A DNA stretch of 64,000 bases from Octopus bimaculoides (taxonomy: Eukaryota), in contig NC_068988.1 of assembly GCF_001194135.2 (NCBI RefSeq), forward strand, positions 11,213,916 to 11,277,915, written 5' to 3'. Shown here piece by piece: positions 1-12,763 of this stretch; within the stretch, counting starts at the first letter, position 1; each line of letters begins with the position of its first letter. A model generated the notes under the pieces. The model made no database searches. It was not told where the DNA came from and saw only the letters and a program-made list of their open reading frames with translations. Both the position numbers and the translations under genes were made by a program.

Positions 1-1844
1 CAAAAGCATTGATGTAAGTCAATATAAAAGAGAGAGGTATGTAGTAATGTAATAGATGTAAAATATGTGGGAGATATGTTGAAACATTCATTAATTTAAA
101 AGGAGAGAGAGGCGTCACCGAGATTATGTGTGAATGAAATTATTATGCGTTTGCGTAACGGCGTACGTGTTGAACCGATGTGGAGGCAGCGAGTAGTGTA
201 TTATTACTTGCATAAAATAGGCATAGGTTATGGGATGCATGCGGAGGTCTTTCGTGTAGAAAAGCGGTCGCAACATATAGCCCGCGTGTGATGAATGCCC
301 ATGTCTCATTCTTAAACTAGTAGTGTGATTGCCTTCAATGTTGTGATCGGACGTAGTAGTTTACGTTCCCATATACTTATACTCTTAAGAGGTTCTGATG
401 TGGACTTTGAAAGATCATAAACTCTCAGTTATGTTCTCGTTATTTTTACCTTGGGACAAAACTTTGTGTGATATTCAAGTTTAAAATTAAACTCGATCAA
501 AAGCTAAGATATCACAAATAAGATTATAAATGTGAAAACAGAAGTAACCAGGACAGAATCCCGTCTTGCGCCGTAGTTAATATTTCTGGATTTCGCAATT
601 AATACCATATCGTCAGGTGAAAATGATGGAGATTAAGGACCCGGTATCTTTCGCATTTCCTCCTGAAATATAGAACTGTAAATTAAAATGGAAACTAGGT
701 TTTTTTCCCTCCACATTACATTTGTTTCAAATATATTTTAATTTATATTGTATTATCTTATGAACACTTTCAGATTTATCATTATTTTACTTTATACTTT
801 AGGCAGCAAGTTATATTCGTACCGTTGACGTCGTTGTGAAACACATAATTTTAGAAATTTATTGAGTTATGTTAGGCAATTAACTATAATATGTAATTAC
901 ATAAATTCGCATAATTGCAAGAAAATTAAAATCTACCAATATTGTGTGAGTAAAAACTGTCGCCCTCATAAACATGAAAGAATTATAAATTAAAATTATA
1001 TTTTTTTTATTATCCGTGTTTTGCACAAATTATTTACTTGTTTCACACAGCCGCAGTTAATTTCAGTGATATATATATCCCTGTGATTGATGACAGATGT
1101 TTCGGTAACCTTACGCATTCCTTATTCACTCACGTTTCGCCACATTTCTATGTCTCGATAAATTTCATATATTTTAAATTACTCAAGACATGACTAAAGT
1201 CATGAGGATTAAAAAGAATTTAACTGGATGCAACAGAAAATTGTGTAGTCGAAAAACGATAGGCTAGTGAAGTTGTATAAACTAACAGCTATTCACTGCA
1301 TGATTCAAAATAAACTTTTTCGTAAATGTATCTGCAATAAATGTTTATTTATTGAAGAATCCTACGACAGATTTCAAGATACTTACATCGATAAAAATTA
1401 CACTTGGATATGAATTACTACACTGTATAGTTCAAGAATAACTTGAATAAATTAAACTCTTTTTAACAACGTAAAGTAATGTCTGCAGTCGTTTGAACAC
1501 ATCATGAAACGGAAGCTTAGAAAATCACGTTAATCTACCAAATTAAATAAATGTTCAATTTTATGCTAAATTTGAACATTTTTTTTTATTACTCACAGCC
1601 GAAAAATGTATTTCATGTGATTAATCAGCATTGATGTTTTATTTGCATATACAATTAACCAAAAATTCTATTTAGATCTTATGCTAAAGCCGTTGGTGCT
1701 TCCGAAGTTATATATTAAACCGAATTATGTAAATTATCTACTTGGCAATTAACTGTGATGGACTGTATATAAATAGTTTAGACTGGTTTAACAGACAATT
1801 TATATTGTATATTTATTCTTTCCATTTCCTAAATACATACACAC

Positions 1845-1886
<42 letters not shown>

Positions 1887-2317
1887 GCATATTTATATAC
1901 ACGCATACATAAAATCGTACATATACAAAGAGATACAAGCATATATGCGTTCAGAAAGTAAGAAACGCATTAGTATGTACATTGCCATCCAAGCACGAAA
2001 TACATAAAAGCATATATATATATGTATATATCTATAAGCTTATGCACACACACAGACACCCACACACATAAACTCACGCACGCGTGCAACCCCCGATGCA
2101 TACACACGCGTGCGGATACACATACATATGTATATTGTATATTTATATTTTCATTATTGATCTATAGACTGCCAATTATACGTTTTCAATTCTCTCACCA
2201 TCATTTATTCATCTTACAGGCATTTATAGAGACAGCTTCGCACTCATTGGAGCTGTGTTGTACGTTGTCCTTGTATATTGATTAAGTCCATGCACTCTGA
2301 ACCAGAGACACTCGACT

Positions 2318-2352
<35 letters not shown>

Positions 2353-3359
2353 CACACACACACACACTTACACACACACACACACACACACACATATANN
2401 NNNNNNNNNNNNNNNNNNNNNNNNNNNNNNNNNNNNNNNNNNNNNNNNNNNNNNNNNNNNNNNNNNNNNNNNNNNNNNNNNNNNNNNNNNNNNNNNNNNN
2501 NNNNNNNNNNNNNNNNNNNNNNNNNNNNNNNNNNNNNNNNNNNNNNNNNNNNNNNNNNNNNNNNNNNNNNNNNNNNNNNNNNNNNNNNNNNNNNNNNNNN
2601 NNNNNNNNNNNNNNNNNNNNNNNNNNNNNNNNNNNNNNNNNNNNNNNNNNNNNNNNNNNNNNNNNNNNNNNNNNNNNNNNNNNNNNNNNNNNNNNNNNNN
2701 NNNNNNNNNNNNNNNNNNNNNNNNNNNNNNNNNNNNNNNNNNNNNNNNATATATATATATATATATATATATATTCGTTGATGACACAAAGTTCTCCCTG
2801 AATATCAGTGGATTATCAAACTCCAGTTCTTTGACTTGTCTGTCCCTACCTAGGGGAAAATAATGCAGATACTATCAACTATGCCGGGACCATTATTCAA
2901 GTTTAAGAAATCAGTATAGAAAATATCTGCTGATTCTACTGCAAGCTGACCACGCTTAAATGAAATGAATATACGCATTCCAAACAGGAGTAGACCAGAA
3001 TAATGATGTGTATAACTTTTGTAATATCTATAGAAAAGGTGTTGCGGGAGTAATTATTCCAACTATCATATAGTGATATCTTTGAAGTCTAACCAGCTTC
3101 GAAAAATATCAGGGGGGCTTGTTTTTTTCTGATCTTTATTCTACACCAGGTTTCGAATATCCGATTAGTGCGTCACTAAGAAGAGCAAATCAGGTAGAAA
3201 TGTTGGTGTTTGACGATCCACTGAGGTCCTTCTAAGGCATTGTTTTTCTTTTAACAGTTAAAGTCGCTTAAGAGGATTTGCAGCCGACGCTGCTCTACAT
3301 TTGAACATGCATGATGAGTGTATACAAACTCTTTTCAACTGATGATCCTTCACGTGTGC

Positions 3360-3399
<40 letters not shown>

Positions 3400-3639
3400 N
3401 NNNNNNNNNNNNNNNNNNNNNNNNNNNNNNNNNNNNNNNNNNNNNNNNNNNNNNNNNNNNNNNNNNNNNNNNNNNNNNNNNNNNNNNNNNNNNNNNNNNN
3501 NNNNNNNNNNNNNNNNNNNNNNNNNNNNNNNNNNTATATACAGAGTGAGAGAGAGAGAGGGGGAGAGTGTGAGTCTTTGTTAGCTCTTAAGCCAAATCCC
3601 TTATGGTCCTTTCAAACATTTTATGAATTTATTCTCTTT

Positions 3640-4130
3640 CCGCTATTAAATCAATATCTTTGCTTGCTCATAATAATCTATCACATACATTGAAGTGAAA
3701 TATTTTTCCTTTGCCTATATTTCCTCGTTAAAGTACATATCTTATCTTTTATGTTGATTTACCGCAGGATATGTTAAACCAATCTACATGAGATGAAAGC
3801 AGCCATGTTTATGCCACTTTCATATTATAGAAAATAGATAGTGGAGGATGAGATCAGTCTACCATTTTAGAAATAACATCAACGTTACATCAGATCACTC
3901 ACATCCTACCGTCTGAAATTATTTCAACATTTTGCCTTCTAAATTTACAGAAAGACATGGTAGTTAAACAAGACTTGTTAAATACGAACAATTGTGATGA
4001 GAGCAACGACATCTGTATTTGGAAATAGTTTGACAATGAGTTTTACAAACATGGCTGTGGTTTCCGCTTTATCAACAGATCAGAAAACCTTGAGATCAAA
4101 AGCCTTCTTAACATGTGATTCCATCTTTTT
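3640..4130 (-). mobile_element. Highly decayed DNA transposase relic, possibly P-element/THAP9-like
   Basis: Minus-strand frames give MESHVKKAFDLKVF*SVDKAETTAMFVKLIVKLF, then YVL, KYRQ and KYFTSMYVIDYYEQAK. This order resembles P-like transposases as I recall them (ERQ.V..LKVF / TA.F..LI.K.F / YVLLG / YRQ..G.YF.S). Many stops and frameshifts. Confidence 0.4.
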
Positions 4131-5507
4131 GTTTCTACATAATATATAGACTACGAGATTATCTTGCACGTCATTTTTATTTGTAATATAGCTGGAGCCT
4201 GCTTTGCATTTTACCAATGTTTTCCGGAGACGAACGAACCCGTTGCTGGCTAAATTGTAATAATATAATCCTCTACGCTATGTATAGCTTCACGGATGAT
4301 TTGATTTGATTATTGTGATCGTTTATATATATTAATACATTCATTTAGGTAAATTATTTCCACAGTGCATTCACATAACAAACAATTATATAGCATCGTG
4401 TTAATTTCCTGCAAGAGAGAAATGATAATCTACACCACAGACCTATGGCAACAGACTGTTGTAGTCTAACAATTCCTTTGAGAATCTTAACATCGCTTTT
4501 ATTAACTTCGTGCAAGCAGTAGTCATATTCCATGGCCGTATAGAATAATTTAATCAGGTATTAATTTAATTGGTCGCTTAATATATTGTGTCTGTCCAAT
4601 TATGTTCAACGTTTATTTAATTTATCAGTTCTTATTGTCCATGTTTGTTAGGTAAAGCTTTGATTTCCACATTAAATGTTACTTTGACAACGACCACATA
4701 CACTCGAGACATTATAATGCCTTAGAGTATTCATGAAATACATTCTACCTCAAGAGCTTTATTCCATTACTTTAAGAGATAACATTTAACACTATTCCAA
4801 CAGATATTGTACATTTCGTCGTTTAATTCATATACGTTTGACGAGATAAATAAACAGAAGCTAACACCACCGACTGATATTCTGTAAAGACCGGCCATAC
4901 CTTCTTCTAAACCCATATCAGCATCTTGAAAAGAAAAATATATAGAATATCTATAGAAATTGAAAGTTTAATACTTTATACTCATACACGTAGTTTTAAA
5001 TGTAAAAAGCGTGTTATCTTCAATAGAATTTCTTAATATGCCGTAAAGTTATATTTTAGCTAATATTCTAATTGACAGCATCAGTACCCGGTACGCATTT
5101 AAGATATGGTACGGTAGGGTAGTGTATTAAGATATTTCAAATGAGGCGGGTGGTCAATGCGGAAAGAGAAGTTGCTAAACGGTGGTCGATACGAAGGAGA
5201 ATAGGCTACAGGAGGTCGATGGTTGAAAAAGTTTGATGATTCCTGATATATATGAAGTGGTTTTATGATAGCTCTCTGTAAGACAATGTTGAAGGCAGAA
5301 ATTATCCGTGATCAATATCTACTCTGTCATAAATTATCTGTCACTAGAATACAACAGTATCAGCTATGGAGACAAATGTTATATCCGTCGCGGGCCATAT
5401 AAGGTTGAAATAGTCATAATTTGTAGCACTTTGAATTCATTATACTTGACTATCCTCAGATATCAACATAAATATTACTTAACATTTACTGATATAGTGT
5501 TCTCACT

Positions 5508-5563
<56 letters not shown>

Positions 5564-5647
5564 GTATATGACATATGCATACATACACGCACACATATGT
5601 ATATACAGACACACACATATATACACATATACATAGATATATATAGA

Positions 5648-5777
<130 letters not shown>

Positions 5778-5799
5778 TGTGTGTGTGTGTGTATTACGC

Positions 5800-5935
5800 A
5801 TCATCATCATCATCAATATCATGTTTATCATTTAACAACCGTTTTGACTGAAAACTGGTAAGCCTGGGAATTGCATCAGGTTCTGATCTCATTTAGCAAC
5901 GTTCGTACTGCTGGAAGCCCTTCCTAACGCCATCC
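5800..5935 (-). mobile_element. 3' fragment of a retroposon with a (GAT)n tail (RTE-tail type)
   Basis: (CAT)n run followed by tttaacaaccgttttgactgaaaactgg...ctggaagcccttcctaacgcca, which resembles a common octopus interspersed repeat end as recalled. Confidence 0.4.
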
Positions 5936-6667
5936 TTCATGGACTTCATTTTAACTTAACAAGCAATCTGAAATATGTCGTCTAGAATTTTTTTGGTATC
6001 TGGTGTCATTAAGTCGAGCTTTGATACTGGATTGCATATACTACTTTACTAGAAGCAAAATATGTGTAGGAAATTATTTAGGTCAATGCTATGATTCCAA
6101 ATAACAATGATATCATATGACGGCCGCTTTTTGGTTCATGAAGCACAGGAAAACGAGAGCGTTAAAATTCCATAATTGCGAATCCTAAACTTGAATATTC
6201 ATTCCCTTTCTGCTGGCATCTTATCTGCAATAATATTGATTACAATATTTTTCCGCATGGATAATTGTACTTCAAACATAACCATTTCAAAACGAATAAA
6301 ACACAAATAATCAGATTTCCTCCTTTTTTTTCTGCTCACAGAATAAATTATGTGTTATTAATCCTCCGATTAAATCTGCAAATGAAAGTGATTTATGTAG
6401 AATTTTAATCATGTGTTAATATCAAAAGAACATGTTAGAAATATATTTAATACATTAATCTGTCTATTGAAGATTGTTCAATACATAAGGCTTACTCACA
6501 AATACTATGCATATAATATATGAACTGAATCATGAAATATACGCACAGCGTAAATTATTAACATGGCGAGGAAACTGTTTGTAATATGCATGCCTTAAAG
6601 TTTCTCTTTATCTCCTTATTTCTCTCTTTCTCTCTCTCTCTCACACACATGCTCTCTCGCTCTCAAG

Positions 6668-6711
<44 letters not shown>

Positions 6712-6720
6712 CTTTTTTAA

Positions 6721-6860
6721 TTATTTCAGTCATTTGAATGTGGTCATACTGGAGCACCGAATTTAGTCCAACAAATCGACGCCGGGACTTATTCTTTGTA
6801 AGCCAAGTACTTATTATATCGGTCTGCTTTGTCGAACTGCTAAGTTACGGGGACGTAAAT
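6721..6860 (-). mobile_element. SINE family A, 3' part
   Basis: tttcagtcatttg...ggacttattctttgtaagcc...taagttacggggacgtaaa matches the copies at 50.9 kb and 18.4 kb in this window. Confidence 0.75.
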
Positions 6861-8491
6861 CCCTGCGCCTATCAATAACATTTTACAATTGTTTATCTAA
6901 TAACTTAAATTTTTGATCTGCATTAGAATTTAATATATGCCAAGATTAACGACAATAATCAAATATCTAAAGGCATACACGGAAGTTCGTGATATTTGCT
7001 AACGAGTCTATATTTTGTGGAAGTGTAGTCTAGCGTTAGAATCTCTTTCATCGCCCGACAGATACAAGGAGAACTCTTTCAAATTACACTTGCAAATAAT
7101 TGTTTTTTCTCTTTCTGCTTTCAAATCCCCTTTTTTTCCATACGACTTCCGGATGTACCACCGTCATTAATTGGTTGTATATTTCCCCGACGTAGGTCAC
7201 CATACTTTCACGAATTCAGTTTTATACGTATATTGTAGTTAGATGACTTTTTGACTCTGATTGTAAACGGCAATCAAACTGTTACTTGCACTATCCTGTA
7301 CTTAGAAAGCCTGCAAGTTTAACAGCTTGTTATATATCTGCTAGTTCTCCAAGCCATATAAACACTGACATTTGACCACTCTAATAAGCAATATATATGA
7401 TTAACACCACGTACATATCAAATTTATGTATGTTATATTAGGTTTTGATGCAAAGTAGAAGTGTAATGTAGAATAATGGTTTAGGTTACATTTAATAGAC
7501 CATTGGTGATCGTTATATTTTCTAGAAAGCTGAAATATTATTCATAGAGGCTAAGCAAAGGTCTTGGCAGTTTAATTCCCATTTGGTTACAATATTATTA
7601 CCGACATTTCTTTGAAAGGAAATTTATGGCACAAAATATTTCCAAAACGCTATCTCGCGTGGCTACAACTGGAAAGATACTTTCATATTTTGCAGTTTAT
7701 CGACCAAAAATTGTCGAAATGTATTCAACAGAGATAGAAAAAACTTTTTTTTTCTCAAATAAAATCTATTTGAATATATAACTTTGTAAATGGTACATAT
7801 GCAAAGGACGTTTAGCTACGCACATAAATTTTATTTATGAAAGCTGTCAATTTTTCGTGCGTGATGGTATCGCAATAATTGTGCAACATCTTAGAGACGA
7901 TCGATCTGAACGCGGTAGTCTCCAAATAGATAAATTATTGCTACTGGTAATGAAACCACCAAATGATTTCGGTTAATAGGTTGTTCAAAGTTGTATCTCT
8001 TGCTTACAGTTTCCTCGTTTATCTTCCTAAACAGGAGATAAAACATTGAGAAAGCGACGCTTGATGGAAATCACAATCATTGGCATTATACCAGCTATAA
8101 TTGTTGTATTAATAATAAAAACACTAGCGGTACAAATACTTTTTTGAATACCATAAGGAAAAGTTACAATATTAGATTGGTAAAAAGTGTTTTACGAAAA
8201 CACTAGTGAATGGGCACAAGATAAAATCAATGTATTTATGATTACATATATAAAACATTGAAACCAAAAGTTGTAGCATTATAAGTATAGAAACTTTCTC
8301 AAAATTCTGTATCTAAATATTTTGGTAGATTCTCTTACATCACACCGGAGGTTTAAAGCAGATTACACTTCAGAAATTTGATATTCTAAACGTTACTAAA
8401 TTCACTTTAGATAACCCATCATATTGTTATCAGATATATAAAGAGAGAAAGGGAGAAAGATGGACGGAGGGAGGATGACATAAAAAGATAA

Positions 8492-8524
<33 letters not shown>

Positions 8525-8802
8525 GACAATAAATCGTTCTATACGAAACATATAATTATGAAACTGCACGTGTGCCTCAGAGTGCATGTGAGCAAGCAGG
8601 AGTCGATTGTTTCGATCAAAGCGGATACTGTATAGAAAATCGACGAGATAATTATCAGCAATACTAACTTAGTCTAGTTTCAAAGAAGACTAGCTCATAG
8701 GAATATGAAAAGATTGCATTGATAGAGAATGATAAAAGTAGATGAAAATGCGAAAATAACAAAACGGAAATGCCATTTAATTGAAATCGGTTACCAAGTG
8801 TG

Positions 8803-8994
8803 TGCAAGGATTTGTTTCCTACCTTAGATTTTAAAAGATATATGTGATGCTTCTGACTTTCATGTGATTTTAATAATAGAATTGACTAGAAGATCTGCGG
8901 CAGCAGCACAATGCACAATAGCGATTTGGCTCGCCGGATATTAACCTCTATTCTACGACATTCATTTCATTTAAAACCAATAATATCTTGATAA
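8803..8994. repeat. Diverged direct repeat, copy 1 (partner 10083-10274)
   Basis: Ungapped alignment at a constant offset of 1280 bp, roughly 70-75% identity by eye. Confidence 0.85.
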
Positions 8995-9791
8995 AATGTG
9001 TGTCGTAACAAAGACGGGTCGTGACATTCTAAGTTTATGGCTGTAGATAATATCTGAAATCTGGTGAATGCCAATTCAGGTCGCAGAAATATTCTTGTAC
9101 AATGTCACCCGGGGTACTGTAAAAGCGGTCTTATACGTTTCTAATTTCAAAAGTGCTTTCTTGATAGAGCTTGGTGGGGGTGGGATTTTTAAAGATTATT
9201 AAAATTTTACGGAAGCTTGCTTATCATCGTGGCAGCATTTTTAGAAAAGGTTTTCTTTTAATTTGTCAGATATATTCTATAAGCAAATGTGCGATTTGTA
9301 GGTTAATTCAGGACTCTAATCAACAAAAATAACGTGAATGGAATAATTATTGACGTGTAGCCATATTGGATTTTAGTTGTGCAAACGACTGACCCTCAAA
9401 CTGAGATGTTTTAGACTTGCAATGTGAAGGAAATCGATTTCTAATTGTTTTTTAAATGTGTAATCGTCGTTAACAGAGGGCTCGTTGTGATAAAACAAAT
9501 GTTAAGTGAACCGACACAAAAGTGACATATAGTCGCTTGAGCTGCTAGAACGAACAACGAATTATCCTTCATTCCACATGGTTGTTTTAAAACAGTGACT
9601 TTGGATAATGGAATCCTTAATCCTCAATGATTTAAAACAACGGGTGTGGCACTACTTCTGTGTCTCGCATTACAAATCTGACTGATCGTGATTTCAGTTG
9701 GACGAAGCAACATTAATCTAAAATGATCGAGTGTAGTTGGAGCTCTTCTAATGCTGTTCGAATGTAGAATTTAAAATCAGTATATTAATAT

Positions 9792-10021
9792 ATTGTGTTT
9801 TCCGGAAAGTTCGTGCCGATGTGTAGTAGCTTACCTTTCGAATTATTTGCCATGAAACCACCTCAATTATGGGATGTGGATATTTTCAAGTTAAAGATAA
9901 TATGGAGACGTATTGTGCAACGAAATGGTTCGTATTTGGTTGATTAAAAATGTAATGGCAAGTATTTATTGACCTTTTTCTTTCCTTTAAAAATCGGCAT
10001 GAACTTTCCGGACAACCCAAT
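9792..10021 (+). mobile_element. Internally deleted mariner (MITE-like, about 230 bp)
   Basis: TIRs attgtgttttccggaaagttcgtgccgat and atcggcatgaactttccggacaacccaat. The interior encodes the mariner C-terminus GIFKLKIIWRRIVQRNGSYLVD*. Confidence 0.75.
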
Positions 10022-10082
10022 GGTTCTACGTACTACCTTTACAAACGGTATCATCGATATATAAATTGCATCCCTTATGCAA

Positions 10083-10274
10083 TGTAAGAATTTGTTTCCT
10101 ACCATTGATTTTATAAGATACACGTGTTGTATATGAGTCTCATGAGGTTTTATTAATAGAAAATACTAGAAGAGCTATAGAAGGAGTTCAATGCTCAATA
10201 CAGATTTAGCTAGCCGGAAATTAACTTCTAGTATACGGCATTCATGTCACTGAAATCCAATAATAATTTGATAA
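10083..10274. repeat. Diverged direct repeat, copy 2 (partner 8803-8994)
   Basis: Shared anchors atttgtttcctacc, actagaaga, gccgga and ccaataata...ttgataa at the same spacing as copy 1. Confidence 0.85.
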
Positions 10275-10898
10275 CATAGGTTATCGAGTTATTGAATAAA
10301 ATCTCTCTAGTATAGCTAACTGGGAAAAAGTCACTGCTCACCGATTGCTTTGCTTTCGGGCATGGACCCAAATAAAACACTCATTACGTAGGCAAAGAGC
10401 AAGATAGATCGATGCCTTCCTTAAAAAAAGATACATCAACAATTCATCTGTTCAATCAATCCGAATTTAATGGATCAGCCGTTTAGATTATTATCTTTCT
10501 AGAATCGGTGATTTGTGTTGAATTAAAACGCTATATAATTTTCGTAAATCCAACAATAATTGCATAGTTTTTCATTCACTCACTCATACAGCTGACTTCG
10601 CTGTTAAGACATATGTGTGTATTGTTACATTGTGAATAAACACCGATGCTTAATTCATTGCGATATGCAATTTTCGAAATACCTTCAGTATATGGAAGCA
10701 CTAGAAATTTCCTTGACCGTCCGGTACGTTAAAAAAAACTTGACATTTCACCGTTGTTATCTTCTTAACTTTCGCTATCAAGCTCTGATTGGAGACACAA
10801 CGCTGGTTGGTACTGACAGAAACATGCCCCATGCATATATACACGAAATACCCACTCAAAGTCTGAAGAAAATATATCACTTTTTTCCCTTCTTGTAG

Positions 10899-10940
10899 AT
10901 GCTAGATCCTTTTCCCCTTGTTAATATTTCAGATACCCAT
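10899..10940 (+). other. Candidate 42-nt exon (MLDPFPLVNISDTH)
   Basis: Acceptor ttttttcccttcttgtag and donor CAT|gtaagt. One open frame, length divisible by 3, nested second acceptor at 10932. No homology recognised. Confidence 0.2.
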
Positions 10941-11388
10941 GTAAGTTGCAAGCTGGCACTAACGTTAGCTCACCAATATACGCCACGAATACGAATGATA
11001 TAAAGATGAGCCTTGCCAAGGTCGTGATATTCTCGAAAATTATAGGATAGAATTGGACAAGATACATGTTCTTACATTCTTGTGTTTGTTAAAGGGGGCA
11101 TCTGTCTCCAAAACTCCAAAGTTGAGTAACGTTTCCATGATTCGATTTGTAAAGTACAGTAAGAATAACACTGGTCAACAAAGAATTTGTCTCCAAAGTA
11201 TATGAAATGAAAAATATCTAAAAATACTAATACACAGAAAAAGCACGGAAGAATACTAACACAGAGAAGTACAGAAAATATGTAACATACTAACACACAG
11301 AAAAATTAAAGCAAAACACGCGGGTGGAAAAAAATCTCGTGCTGTGAAGAATGAACACAGGGTGAAGTGAAATACAACACAGCATGCG

Positions 11389-11413
11389 GTTGTCATGGTA
11401 ACAAGCTGCCAAT
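11389..11413. promoter_or_regulatory. RFX X-box followed by a CCAAT box
   Basis: GTTGTCATGGTAAC (11389-11402) fits the palindromic X-box GTNRYYATRRYAAC; CCAAT at 11409-11413. Confidence 0.45.
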
Positions 11414-11593
11414 GCCACGCTGTCTGTTGATTAATTAAAATTACCCAAATTTCCCAAATTTCATTCCAAATGACATCAGATTCTTTAATTTACGAGATAA
11501 AGTAAAGCGTTGATCGTAATCAAAATTCAAAGTTGCATCAATATACTAAAATTGAAAGGAGTCTGAGCAAAATTAAAGTGGCTCATTTTATGA

Positions 11594-11985
11594 ATGAAAT
11601 TAACTAGAACCAATTGCGGAATACCTAACTTCAGTATATGCGTCAACCTAATTGAGAGATCGGAGTTCTACTTCAAACAGGATCAACGTTTTACAGTGAA
11701 AAACAACTTCACGTGGGCTTTGGAAAACCTAATATATATTTTAACTTGCTCAGGGTTTCGAGAGCAATACATAGGCCAAACCAAAAACAGTCTACGTACA
11801 TAGATCCCAAATTAAAATACGAGAATACAGAAAAATTGCATGAAGTGAACACGTCGGCATTTGCGCCACTAACGAACTACCCAACATCAGAAGATTTCCC
11901 TTCTGTGAATTTGGGGATGATGCAACATATAATCAGCGCATTAGCAAAGAGTCACATTTTATTGCAAAATATAAACCTCTTTTGA
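11594..11985 (+). mobile_element. Penelope-like element, GIY-YIG endonuclease C-terminus (frameshifted)
   Basis: NLIYILTCSGFREQYIGQTKNSLRT (the LIY...YIGQT motif) and a terminal SHFIAKYKPLLN* in another frame. Confidence 0.85.
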
Positions 11986-12763
11986 ATGATTCCACCTCAC
12001 ATGACACTACTACAAGGATCTTAGAATAACACTCACACAAATATTTAAAACGATAAATATATTAAGAACACTATCCACTCGTGAATTTATTTAGAACAGT
12101 TCTTACCATTACTACTACAACCACAACAGGTCACTTGTAGATCACTTAACTATTGAAGTAGATTCCACGAACAGCTCTGCTACAGGGTCATACCACTCTC
12201 GTCTTTTTTTCCTCTTCTTTTTCGTCTTCTACTTCTACTTCTTCTTCAACTTCTTCTTTCTTCATCCACCTTCTTCTCCTTCTTCGCCGTCTCCTTCCAC
12301 GGCTGCTGCTGCCTTTCCCATGAAATATCAGAAACTAACATTTCTCTGCACCTATAAACAATATTTCTTCAGATCTGCTGCTACCTAGCGAGCCTTCACA
12401 AATGAAGAGAGAAAGAGAGAGAGAGGGAGAGAGAGAGAGGGAGAGAGAGAGAGAGAGAGAGAAAGAAAGAGAGAGAGAAAATGAAAATGTTCAACCCATT
12501 TGAAGTCTATGGAAATTATTACGAAACATTTCATTTAACATTTTTCTTCAATTTTATTGTTTTTGTTTTATTCTTATTTGAAAAACTCGAAAAGATTGAA
12601 CCCGGTACGAACCATTACAAAATGTATTTCATGATAAAATTATTTTAGCATTTTCTAGCTTGTCTTATTTTCCTTTCACACAAACACAGACATACACAGA
12701 CACAGAGACACGTGCACACACACACGAACACAAACACACACACAAACACACACATATATATTA

